This document shows positions 18,807 through 27,646 of a stretch of 64,000 nt of DNA, piece after piece. Source of the DNA: an uncultured Candidatus Binatia bacterium (lineage in GTDB: Bacteria > Desulfobacterota > Binatia > Bin18); the NCBI GenBank assembly GCA_965200965.1, contig OZ241744.1, positions 864,001-928,000 of the forward strand, read 5' to 3'. The notes under the pieces are model-generated. The model saw only the letters and a list, made by a program, of their open reading frames with translations. It did no database searches and was not told where the DNA came from. Position numbers and translations under genes: made by a program. Position 1 is the first letter of the stretch. Every line of letters begins with the position of its first letter.

Positions 18807-19532
18807 ATGCCCAGACAAGCGCTGAACGGTCGGGTCGCTATTGTCACCGGCGCGGGATCGGGCCTGGGCCAAGCCATCGCCGTGGCCCTCGGCGCGGCGG
18901 GCGTTCGGGTCGCCTTAGCGTCACGCACCAAGCCGGCGCTTGAGGCCGTAGCCGACGAGATTCGCACGCCTGGCGGGACTGCCCTTGTCATTCCCACCGA
19001 TGTCGGCGATGAAGCCCAGATTCAACACTTAGTCGGCCACACCCATCAGGAATGGGGGCATATTGATATTCTTGTTACCAGCGCTGGTGGTGCCAGTTTT
19101 GGGCCGCTGGTCGAGTCCAGCACCCAAGACTGGGACAGTATGATGAGGACGAACCTGCGGGCGACCTATCTCTGCGCCAAGCATACGCTGAAGGTTATGC
19201 TGGCCCAGCAGAGCGGCCATATCTTGAACATCCTGTCCTTAGCCAGCCAGACTGCCCTCCCCGGCTCGGCAGCTTATACTGCCTCCAAATTTGGTGCTTT
19301 AGGGCTGACCAAGGTCATGGCCGCCGAGGTGCGCAGTCAGGGCGTCAAAGTCACCGCAGTAATCCCCGGCGCGGTCAATACGCCGCTGTGGGATAAGAGC
19401 GGCGGCGACTTAGACCGCACCAAGATGCTCACCCCTGGCGATGTTGCCGACGCCATACTTGACGTTATTGCCCAGCCTCCAGGCATCTATACCGACGGAA
19501 TTTCTCTGATGCCCCCTTTAGGTATTCTGTGA
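18807..19532 (+). CDS. SDR oxidoreductase
   Basis: TGAGSGLG, YTASK. Confidence 0.88.
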   Translation: MPRQALNGRVAIVTGAGSGLGQAIAVALGAAGVRVALASRTKPALEAVADEIRTPGGTALVIPTDVGDEAQIQHLVGHTHQEWGHIDILVTSAGGASFGPLVESSTQDWDSMMRTNLRATYLCAKHTLKVMLAQQSGHILNILSLASQTALPGSAAYTASKFGALGLTKVMAAEVRSQGVKVTAVIPGAVNTPLWDKSGGDLDRTKMLTPGDVADAILDVIAQPPGIYTDGISLMPPLGIL

Positions 19533-19544
19533 GGATGGTGAGGA

Positions 19545-19633
19545 CGGAGGGAGTGGGATTTGAACCCACGAGAGCCCGCTAAGGCTCTGCCGGTTTTCAA
19601 GACCGGTGCATTCGACCGCTCTGCCATCCCTCC
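19545..19633 (-). tRNA. tRNA-Ser (anticodon TGA), CCA not encoded
   Basis: GGAGGGATGGCAGAGCGGTCGAATGCACCGGTCTTGAAAACCGG, long variable arm, GGTTCAAATCCCACTCCCTCCG. Confidence 0.95.
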
Positions 19634-19719
19634 CACGCCGGACAAGACGCCATCTAACACGCTCCTGTGCCCCCGTCCAGGGCTGCTCGTATCCCAGCTA
19701 GCCTTAAAAAGCATCTCCC

Positions 19720-19759
19720 CTCGGACACTCTCTGGATAATAAACCAGAGGGTGTCCGAG
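19720..19759. repeat. 16-bp-stem hairpin upstream of tRNA-Ser
   Basis: CTCGGACACTCTCTGG / CCAGAGGGTGTCCGAG, one G-U pair. Confidence 0.55.
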
Positions 19760-19775
19760 TTGATAGAATATCATA

Positions 19776-19793
19776 TATTGACTATAGTCAATA
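19776..19793. promoter_or_regulatory. 18-bp palindrome with TGACTATAGTCA core (copy 4)
   Basis: TATTGACTATAGTCAATA in the divergent tRNA-Ser / DUF3565 intergenic region. Confidence 0.7.
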
Positions 19794-19919
19794 AAAAATA
19801 AAGCCTCTTTCTCAAATCCACCAAAAGCTCTACACTGGAAACAACATCCCAGACGCACTTATTCAGCGCCTTGTTCACAAGCGCGCTTGCCCTCATTGTG
19901 TCATGGTAGCGAGACTTGT

Positions 19920-20381
19920 ATGAAACGCCCTATTGTAGACTTTCACCGCGACAAAGAGAAGGATTGGGTGGCTGACCTGGACTGCGGCCACAGCCAGCAT
20001 GTCCGTCACCGTCCCCCGTTTGAAAATCGCCCCTGGACGACGACCGAGGCGGGACGGCGCTCAAAGCTGGGCCAGCATCTGAACTGCCTAAACTGCGACC
20101 GTTTTGAGCTGCCAGGCGGATTCCAGGCGTATCAACGGACGCAGGAATTTGATGCGTCCTCAATTCCAGACGGCCTGCGCAAAGCCCACTCCACCAAACG
20201 CGGGGTATGGGCAAAAGTGCATGTGCTGCAAGGACGGCTGCGCTACACCGTTCATCCCCCCCTCGCTCGGGAGTTTCTCCTTGAACCCAAGAACGGGGGA
20301 ATTATTGTCCCCGAGGTTCGCCATCATGTTGAGCCGATCGGTCCGGTCCGGTTTTACATCGAGTTCCATAGGAGGAAATAG
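19920..20381 (+). CDS. DUF3565 plus TehB-N/YeaR (DUF1971) cupin fusion
   Basis: WVADLDCGHSQHVRH.PP...LNCLNCD followed by HSTKRGVWAK...H.VEP. Confidence 0.82.
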   Translation: MKRPIVDFHRDKEKDWVADLDCGHSQHVRHRPPFENRPWTTTEAGRRSKLGQHLNCLNCDRFELPGGFQAYQRTQEFDASSIPDGLRKAHSTKRGVWAKVHVLQGRLRYTVHPPLAREFLLEPKNGGIIVPEVRHHVEPIGPVRFYIEFHRRK

Positions 20382-20383
20382 GC

Positions 20384-20962
20384 ATGTCCTTAGCAAGAAA
20401 ACCCCGTCTGTACTTGGCCGGCCCCGAGGTGTTCTTACCCGATGCGGTGGAACACGCCCACCGACAGCATCGCCTGTGTGAGCAATACGGCTTTATCGGT
20501 CTGCACCCGATGGATAATAACATCGAGCTCAGGGACCGATCCCTGCAAACAGCCGTGCAGATCTATCGTGGGGATATCGCCCAAATCCGGGCCTGTGACA
20601 TTGTTGTCGCCAACTGTAACGCTTTTCGCGGGCTGCTGATGGACGACGGCACGGCGTATGAAATCGGCTTTGGCAATGCGCTCGGAAAGCCGGCCTACGG
20701 CTATATTGACGCGCTGAACACGGTCTCCGAGCGCACCCGCACCCAGTATCCGTGTCGGCAGTTGGCCGACGGCAGGACGATCGATCAAGACGGTTATCTG
20801 GTCACCGACGATTTTGGTACCTCAGTCAATCTGATGATGCAGTGCGGCATGATAGAGACCGGAGGACGCCTGATTGAAGGCGATTTTGAAGCCTGTCTGC
20901 AAGCGATGCGTGAAGATATGGACAGCGGCAGGCTGAGTCTCGTTCTTCCAACCACTGCTTGA
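20384..20962 (+). CDS. Nucleoside 2-deoxyribosyltransferase family protein
   Basis: YLAGPEVF, DDGTAYEIG, VNLM. Confidence 0.9.
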   Translation: MSLARKPRLYLAGPEVFLPDAVEHAHRQHRLCEQYGFIGLHPMDNNIELRDRSLQTAVQIYRGDIAQIRACDIVVANCNAFRGLLMDDGTAYEIGFGNALGKPAYGYIDALNTVSERTRTQYPCRQLADGRTIDQDGYLVTDDFGTSVNLMMQCGMIETGGRLIEGDFEACLQAMREDMDSGRLSLVLPTTA

Positions 20963-20993
20963 AGCCTTCGGTGGAGTCTTCTCAGGGAAGCCC

Positions 20994-22130
20994 TCAGCTC
21001 TGGCAGGCGGCAAACCGCTCTAAATGGTGTTCGGCATCGCCAAACGTCTGACTGATAGTGGTCAGGCGCCGAAAGGTATGGCTGACCTTGAGTTCTTCGG
21101 TCATCCCCATGCCCCCGTGGAGTTGCACCGCCTCCTGGCTGATATGCCGACACGCGTCGGAGACCTTGATCTTGGCCGCGGCAATTACCCGGTGGCGTTC
21201 GGCCGCCTCAGTGCTATCCACCTTCACACAGGCCAGGCAGGCCATGGATTTGACCTGCTCATAGGTTATCAGCATATCAACCACCCGGTGCTGGAGGGCC
21301 TGGAAGGAACCGATCGGCACGCCAAACTGTTTGCGGGTTTTCAGATATTCCAGGGTGGCGTCGTTGGCAAACTTCACCGCCCCAACCGTCTCGGCACACA
21401 GCAGGGCAATCGCATAATCGGTGACTTCTTCGATCAGATCCAAGGCTCGACCTTCGACACCAATCAACGCGTCGGCCGGCACGACCGTGGCCGAGAACCG
21501 GATGTCCGCGGCTCGGAGATTATCAAGCGTCTTATACGAGTTGAGGCTGACCCCGGGCGCGTTGCGATCAACCAGAAAAAGACTAATGCCGTTGGGGTCG
21601 GTCTCCTGCCCCGCGGTCCGGGCCGAAACAATGATGTGGTCTGCGCACGGACCGTGCAGCACTACACACTTTTCGCCGTCAATGACATAGCCGTTGTCAG
21701 ACGTGTTTGCCCGGCAGCCGATGTGGGCCAGATCATAGCGTGCCCCACGCTCGGTTTGGGCAAAGGCCAGCTTGCACTTGCCCTCCATCAGGGCCGGCAG
21801 GATCGCCTGTTGCTGGGTCGGGCTGCCGCCCCGGGCAATGAACTGCCCGCCGAGGCCAACGGTGGCCAGATACGGCTCAAGCAGCAACCCTTCTCCAATG
21901 GCGGCCATGACCGGCATCAGGTCAACCGCACCGCCACCAAAGCCGCCCACCTGACTGGAAAACGGCAGGCCCAGCAGACCCATAGCGGCCAAGCTGGACC
22001 ACACCTGCTCACTATAGCCGGACTCGGATTCAACAATCGCCCGGCGGGCCTCAAATGTATACTCCCGGGCCATGAACTGTTGGACGCTGTTGGCCAGGAG
22101 TTGTTGTTCTTCCGTATAGTCAAAGTTCAC
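20994..22130 (-). CDS. Acyl-CoA dehydrogenase (PimD-like small subunit)
   Basis: RKQFGVPIGSFQALQH, QLHGGMG; GTG start. Confidence 0.9.
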   Translation of the reverse strand: MNFDYTEEQQLLANSVQQFMAREYTFEARRAIVESESGYSEQVWSSLAAMGLLGLPFSSQVGGFGGGAVDLMPVMAAIGEGLLLEPYLATVGLGGQFIARGGSPTQQQAILPALMEGKCKLAFAQTERGARYDLAHIGCRANTSDNGYVIDGEKCVVLHGPCADHIIVSARTAGQETDPNGISLFLVDRNAPGVSLNSYKTLDNLRAADIRFSATVVPADALIGVEGRALDLIEEVTDYAIALLCAETVGAVKFANDATLEYLKTRKQFGVPIGSFQALQHRVVDMLITYEQVKSMACLACVKVDSTEAAERHRVIAAAKIKVSDACRHISQEAVQLHGGMGMTEELKVSHTFRRLTTISQTFGDAEHHLERFAACQS

Positions 22131-22151
22131 GGCCTTCCCTCCTGGGCGGCT

Positions 22152-23330
22152 CTACAGACCGAGGGACCTTTTGGCAATGATATTGCGCTGTATCTCGTTT
22201 GAGCCGGCGTAGATGCTCGTCTTGCGGTAGTTGCAGTAGCGAGGAGAAATCCGGGCGGTATCGGCGTCGAAGTTTTCCGCCTCAAGTGGCTGAAAAACTT
22301 GGGCAAACGGCCCTACTGCATCCATCATCAGTTCGGTCAGGGCTTGCTGAATTTCAGTGCCGCGAATCTTGAGCAACGACACCTCGGCTCCGGGCTCACG
22401 CCCGCCACGCATCTGGTCAAGAAAGCGCAGGTTGGTGATCTCAAGCGCCATCAATTCAACCTCGACCCGGGCCAGACGGTCGGCAAAACGCGGGTCTTCG
22501 AGCAACGGCTGGCCGTGTTTGGTCTGGCCGGCGGCCAACTCCTTGAGACGGGCCAGCTCCCGCTTGGAGGTGCCGATACTGCCCGTATTGAGACGCTCAT
22601 GGCCGAGCAGATATTTGGCCACCGTCCAGCCGTCGCCCTCCTCGTAGACCAGGTTTTCGGCCGGTACCCGTACATTATCAAAAAAGACCTCATTGACCTC
22701 ATGGCCGCCATCCATGAGGATCAGAGGGCGGACTGTAATGCCCGGAGTTTTCATGTCAATCAGCAGAAAAGAGATGCCATGTTGTTTCTTCTGGGTCTGA
22801 AAATCGGTTCGCACCAAGCAGAAGATCCAGTCGGCAAACTGGGCCAGGGTAGTCCAGATCTTCTGGCCATTGACGACGTATTCATCACCTCGGCGTACCG
22901 CGCCAGTTTTGAGCGAGGCCAAGTCTGAGCCGGATTCGGGCTCGGAATAACCCTGGCACCAAAAGTCGTCACCGTTATAGATGCGCGGCAGATATTTTTG
23001 CTTCTGCGCCTCAGTCCCAAACCGGAACAGCACCGGTGCGCACATCGACAGACCAAACGGCATCCGACCCGGACAGCCGGCCGCCCCCATCTCCTCCTCA
23101 AAGATATAGCGCTGGACAATAGTCCAGTTCGTTCCGCCCCACTCTTGCGGCCATTCCGGGGCCACCCAGCCTCTGGCGGCCAGGACTTTATGCCAACGGA
23201 TGTAATCGTCTTTGCTAAGCTCTTGATAGTTAACGACTTTTTCGCGTATATCATCCGGCAGACTGGCCTTGATCCATGAGCGGACTTCATCGCGGAAAGC
23301 AGTCTCTTCGGCTGAATAGTTCAGGTCCAT
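22152..23330 (-). CDS. Acyl-CoA dehydrogenase (PimC-like large subunit)
   Basis: WCQGYSEP.SGSDLA, NGQKIWT, IYAGSNEIQRNII. Confidence 0.92.
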   Translation of the reverse strand: MDLNYSAEETAFRDEVRSWIKASLPDDIREKVVNYQELSKDDYIRWHKVLAARGWVAPEWPQEWGGTNWTIVQRYIFEEEMGAAGCPGRMPFGLSMCAPVLFRFGTEAQKQKYLPRIYNGDDFWCQGYSEPESGSDLASLKTGAVRRGDEYVVNGQKIWTTLAQFADWIFCLVRTDFQTQKKQHGISFLLIDMKTPGITVRPLILMDGGHEVNEVFFDNVRVPAENLVYEEGDGWTVAKYLLGHERLNTGSIGTSKRELARLKELAAGQTKHGQPLLEDPRFADRLARVEVELMALEITNLRFLDQMRGGREPGAEVSLLKIRGTEIQQALTELMMDAVGPFAQVFQPLEAENFDADTARISPRYCNYRKTSIYAGSNEIQRNIIAKRSLGL

Positions 23331-23332
23331 CT

Positions 23333-23653
23333 TTACTCTCTCCTACCCGCATCAGGTGGCACGCTCAAGCCACCAATAGTCGCCCGCCGCCAGCCGGCAA
23401 TGTCCGGTACGAGGATGTCGGCACCCAAGTGAAGCTCCGGCTCAAAAAGAAACCACCTGCCGCCAAGCCCACCAGAATCGCGGTGAGAACAATCGGAAGG
23501 ACCAAGGTCCTGGATGATGACCGAAGCTGCCCGGGCATGCGGAAAAGCCGGTCGCGGCGTGGTCAGCAATTCCCCGTCAAGAATCCCGGCGATAAAACGG
23601 TCGGGGACCCGCAGCAGGTCTGCATAGCTGGTGCGACGCTGAGCTGGGTTCAT
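23333..23653 (-). pseudogene. Truncated Uma2-family endonuclease
   Basis: ILDGEL...PRP...H, EPELHLG..LVPDIAGWRR; lacks the C-terminal PDW.CEVLS half. Confidence 0.75.
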
Positions 23654-23672
23654 AGACGCAAGGCTAGCACAG

Positions 23673-25572
23673 TCAGCCGGGGAGGAACAGGGGATGCGAG
23701 ATGCCCCGGTCTTCCAGCGGCGTCCCAGCCCAGTCTTTCCCAACCGTTGTCTCGACCTCAATTGGCACGCGGTCGCCAATAATCTCGCGCATGGCCGCGG
23801 TCATGTGGTGGGCCAGCCACTGCGCGGCGTGGCCGGCCTCGGCCAGCGGGGCTTCGGCCACAATTTCGTCGTGGACGCAGGCCACCGGAAACGCTCCGGG
23901 CACCTCATGGCGGTGTTCAAACAGGCGACCCAAAGCCAGCTTCAGCCCGTCCCCGCCGGTACCCTGGACCGGGATGTTGAGCAGAACATTGAAATGGCGA
24001 ACGCCGAGAAACCGCCTGCCGGTCAGGGTGCGGGTCTCAAGGGTTTGCTGCCTGCGCTGGACGTGTTCGAGCTGGCGTTTGGCCTGCTGATGCCAACGCT
24101 GGAGGCCCTGATAGGTGCGAAAGAAAGCCTGGTGATAGCCGGCAGCCTCGGCCTCGGTCATCGTCACCCCATACTTGGCTTCGGCATCCAGCCTGAGCCC
24201 GCGGATACCCATGCCGTACAGCAGGCCGAAGTTCACGCTTTTGGCCAGTTGACGGTGCTGTGTGTGGACCTCGGCCAGGGGAAGCCGGAGAATGCGTGAG
24301 GCGGTCAAGGCATGTAAATCGGTCCGCTCACGAAACGCCCGCAGCATAGTCTCGTCGCCGGCCAGGGCCGCGGCGATGCGCAGCTCAATCTGTGAATAAT
24401 CGGCCCGAATAAGCGCCCTGCCCGGCTCTGCCTGGAAACAGGCACGAAAGGCCACGCTTTTGGGGACCTGCTGGATATTGGGCCCGCCGCAGCTCATCCG
24501 GCCGGTTGCCGCGCCGTTTTGAAAATAGACCGGATAGACCCGCCCGGTTTGGGGGTCACATGAGGAATCAATGACTGCCCGGCCGTAGGTATTCACCCGC
24601 TTGGCAAGCTCTTTGTAGGCCACGAGGAGACGCGCCAGCAGATGATCGACCTTTTTTAAGGTATCGGCTCGGGTGTTGGGCAAAACAATGCCGAAGTTGT
24701 GGAACAGCCGCTTCACCTGCTGGTGCGAAAGCCAGTTGACAGCCCTCCCCTGACCGGCAACCGCGCTATCGAGCTGGTCTTTGAGGTCGGCCAAACGGGC
24801 CTCGTCATCCAGGGTGCGGGCCAGCCAGCCCTCGGAGTCAAAGCCCATGCCCTGCATTTCGAGCCAGGCCAGCCCCTTGACGCAGCGGAACTCAATATCC
24901 GCCGCCCGCTCCAGGCCAGCGTCGTGGAGGGCGGCCTGCAAGCCGGTGTACAGCGGCCACAGAACGGCCACATCGCGGGCCGCGTAGGCACGCTGTGGTT
25001 CGGACAGCTCGGCCTGGGTCCAGTCACTGGCACGGACCGTTTTTGGGCAGGCTCAGGTCGAGCTGACGCTGTACCAGGTCTTCCAGGCCATGTCCGACGC
25101 GCAGCCCGGCCGTCAGCAGTTGACTGGCCAACATGGTGTCAAAGATATGCCGCGGCCAGGGCAGCCCGGCGCGGACCAGGAACTTCACATCAAACTTGGC
25201 GTTGTGAAAAATCCACACCCGGTCGTTTTCAAACACCGGGGCCAAGGCTTGGGGCGGCAGCGCGCAGGCATCAAACAGGTAGACGTGTTCAGGGCTTGCA
25301 ATCTGGATCAGCCGCAAGGCATCTTTTCGGCAGTCCAGACCCGTTGTTTCGGTATCACAGGCAAGGGCTGGGGCGGACAGGAGTCGGGGCACAAGCTGGG
25401 TAAGGTGGCTGAGGCGGGAAACACAGGTGTAGGCTGGGGTTGGACAGGGGGGACGCTGCTCTCTTCCCAATCGGTGCTCACCGTCGGTACCCTTGAAGGC
25501 GTGCCCCGCCCCAGCCGGCCTGGTCGGCCGGTCAAACTCTTCGGGGAACAGCACCCCCTGCTGTTCATCCAT
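23673..25572 (-). pseudogene. Family A DNA polymerase (3'-5' exonuclease plus polymerase, no 5' nuclease), split by a 1-nt frameshift near 25040
   Basis: CDTETTGL and HNAKFD in ORF 25024-25572; removing one A in CCCAAAAAC restores SDW..YAARD, then ADYSQIELR, RQLAKSVNFGLLYG, VHDE. Confidence 0.85.
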
Positions 25573-25717
25573 AGCCTTCCCCCTCCTGTCTCTGTTGTAC
25601 GCCTTCCAACCGCGGGATCAAGCCGGAAATGCCAGCGATGTCTTGCCGCTCTTTTGCTGTGCCCGCCAAGCTGCTAACACAGTGGCTGAGGTACGCGCAT
25701 AACAAGGAGGGACAACC

Positions 25718-27583
25718 ATGCAGCATCGAGGATTCCGTAGCAGCATCACCACCCAGGGCCGGCGCATGGCCGGTGCCCGGTCCCTGTGGCGGGCAACCGG
25801 CATGAAGACCGAGGATTTTCAGAAACCGATTATCGCCATCGCCAACTCATTCACCCAGTTTGTCCCCGGCCATGTCCACCTGCACCAGATTGGCCAGATG
25901 GTCAAAGAAGTCATTGACAGCCACGGCGGCTATGGGGTGGAGTTCAATACCATTGCGGTTGATGACGGCATCGCCATGGGCCACGACGGCATGTTGTACT
26001 CCCTGCCTAGCCGTGAGCTGATCGCCGACAGTGTGGAATACATGGTCCAGGGCCACAAGGCCGACGCCCTGATCTGTATTTCCAACTGCGACAAAATTAC
26101 GCCGGGCATGCTGCTGGCCACTATGCGCCTCAATATCCCGACAATTTTTGTGTCCGGCGGGCCGATGGAAGCCGGAAAAACCGAGCTGTCCTCCGGCCCG
26201 GCCAAGCTCGACCTGGTCAACGCGATGGTCGGGGCCGGGGATGACCGCCTGTCGGATGAGGATGTCGCCAAGATGGAGGAGGCCGCCTGCCCGACCTGCG
26301 GCTCATGTTCGGGTATGTTCACCGCCAACAGCATGAACTGCCTGAATGAAGCGATCGGCCTGGCCCTGCCCGGCAACGGCACGATCCTGGCGACCCACGC
26401 CCTGCGCTGGCAGCTCTTTGAGCGGGCCGCCAAGCGCATTGTCGAGATGGCCAAAGCCTATTACATGGACGGCGACGAATCAGTCCTGCCGCGCAGTATC
26501 GCTACCTTTGAGGCGTTTGAGAATGCCATGACCCTGGACATCGCTATGGGCGGCTCAACCAATACGGTCCTGCACCTGCTGGCCACCGCCCAGGAGGCCG
26601 GGGTGAACTTCAGCATGGCCGATATTGACCGCCTGTCGCGCCACGTCCCGTGCATCTGCAAGCTGGCCCCGGCCTCCGACACATACCATATTGAGGACTG
26701 CGCCCACGCCGGCGGCATCCCGACCATTCTGGGCGAGCTGAACCGGCTGGGCAAGCTCCACACCGATGCCCTGACCGTCAGCGGCCAGACCATCGGCCAG
26801 ATGCTCGCCACCAGCGACATCCGCGCCGAGACGCCGGACGACTTCGCCCACCAGCGCAGCCTGGCCGCCCCGGGTAATGTCCGCACCAAACAGGGCTTCT
26901 CCCAGCAGCAGTCTTATGAGCACGCCGACCTTGACGCGGTCAGCGGCTGCATCCGGGCCGGTGAGTTTGCCTACAGCCAGGACGGCGGGCTGGCCGTCCT
27001 GTTCGGCAACCTGGCCGAGAACGGCTGTATTGTCAAAACCGCGGGGGTGGACGAGTCCATCTGGGTCATGCAGGGCCCGGTGCGCATCTTTGAATCGCAG
27101 GACGAAGCCTGCGCCGGCATCCTGGACAACACCCTCAAGCCCGGCGATGTAGTAGTCATCCGCTACGAAGGCCCCAAGGGCGGGCCGGGAATGCAGGAGA
27201 TGCTCTACCCCACCTCCTACATCAAATCCAAGCATCTGGGTACAAAATGCGCCCTGCTGACCGACGGCCGCTTCAGCGGCGGCACCAGCGGCCTGTCCAT
27301 CGGCCATGTCTCGCCAGAGGCGGCCGAGGGCGGCGCTATCGCCCTGCTGGAAGAAGGCGACATCATTCAGATTGATATCCCCAAGCGTTCCATCAATGTC
27401 CTGCTGCCGGATGGCGAGTTGACCGCCCGGCGCAACAAGATGGAAGCCCGCGGCAAAGATGCCTGGACGCCGACCAAGCGCAGGCGCAAGGTCTCAGCCG
27501 CCCTGCAAGCCTATGCCGCCCTGACCACCAGCGCCGACCGCGGCGCAGTGCGTGACATCCGCCAGGTCCAGGCCGGCAGCTAA
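25718..27583 (+). CDS. ilvD: Dihydroxy-acid dehydratase
   Basis: [44 protein letters not shown]. Confidence 0.98.
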   Translation: MQHRGFRSSITTQGRRMAGARSLWRATGMKTEDFQKPIIAIANSFTQFVPGHVHLHQIGQMVKEVIDSHGGYGVEFNTIAVDDGIAMGHDGMLYSLPSRELIADSVEYMVQGHKADALICISNCDKITPGMLLATMRLNIPTIFVSGGPMEAGKTELSSGPAKLDLVNAMVGAGDDRLSDEDVAKMEEAACPTCGSCSGMFTANSMNCLNEAIGLALPGNGTILATHALRWQLFERAAKRIVEMAKAYYMDGDESVLPRSIATFEAFENAMTLDIAMGGSTNTVLHLLATAQEAGVNFSMADIDRLSRHVPCICKLAPASDTYHIEDCAHAGGIPTILGELNRLGKLHTDALTVSGQTIGQMLATSDIRAETPDDFAHQRSLAAPGNVRTKQGFSQQQSYEHADLDAVSGCIRAGEFAYSQDGGLAVLFGNLAENGCIVKTAGVDESIWVMQGPVRIFESQDEACAGILDNTLKPGDVVVIRYEGPKGGPGMQEMLYPTSYIKSKHLGTKCALLTDGRFSGGTSGLSIGHVSPEAAEGGAIALLEEGDIIQIDIPKRSINVLLPDGELTARRNKMEARGKDAWTPTKRRRKVSAALQAYAALTTSADRGAVRDIRQVQAGS

Positions 27584-27599
27584 GGCCACGCCGATAGAG

Positions 27600-27621
27600 C
27601 ATCCGGCCTTCGGGCCGGGTG
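27600..27621 (+). terminator. GC-rich UUCG-loop hairpin after ilvD
   Basis: CATCCGGCC-TTCG-GGCCGGGTG; no U-tract. Confidence 0.4.
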
Positions 27622-27646
27622 AGGATTGAAACCAACCAACCAAACC

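Noticed and set aside
19545-19633. tRNA-Ser as an integration site, or as tRNA-Sec
   Set aside because: No duplicated 3' end or integrase was seen in the window; the anticodon is TGA (Ser), not TCA.
25036-25048. Programmed -1 frameshift in the polymerase gene
   Set aside because: The required shift is +1 and there is no in-phase X XXY YYZ heptamer.
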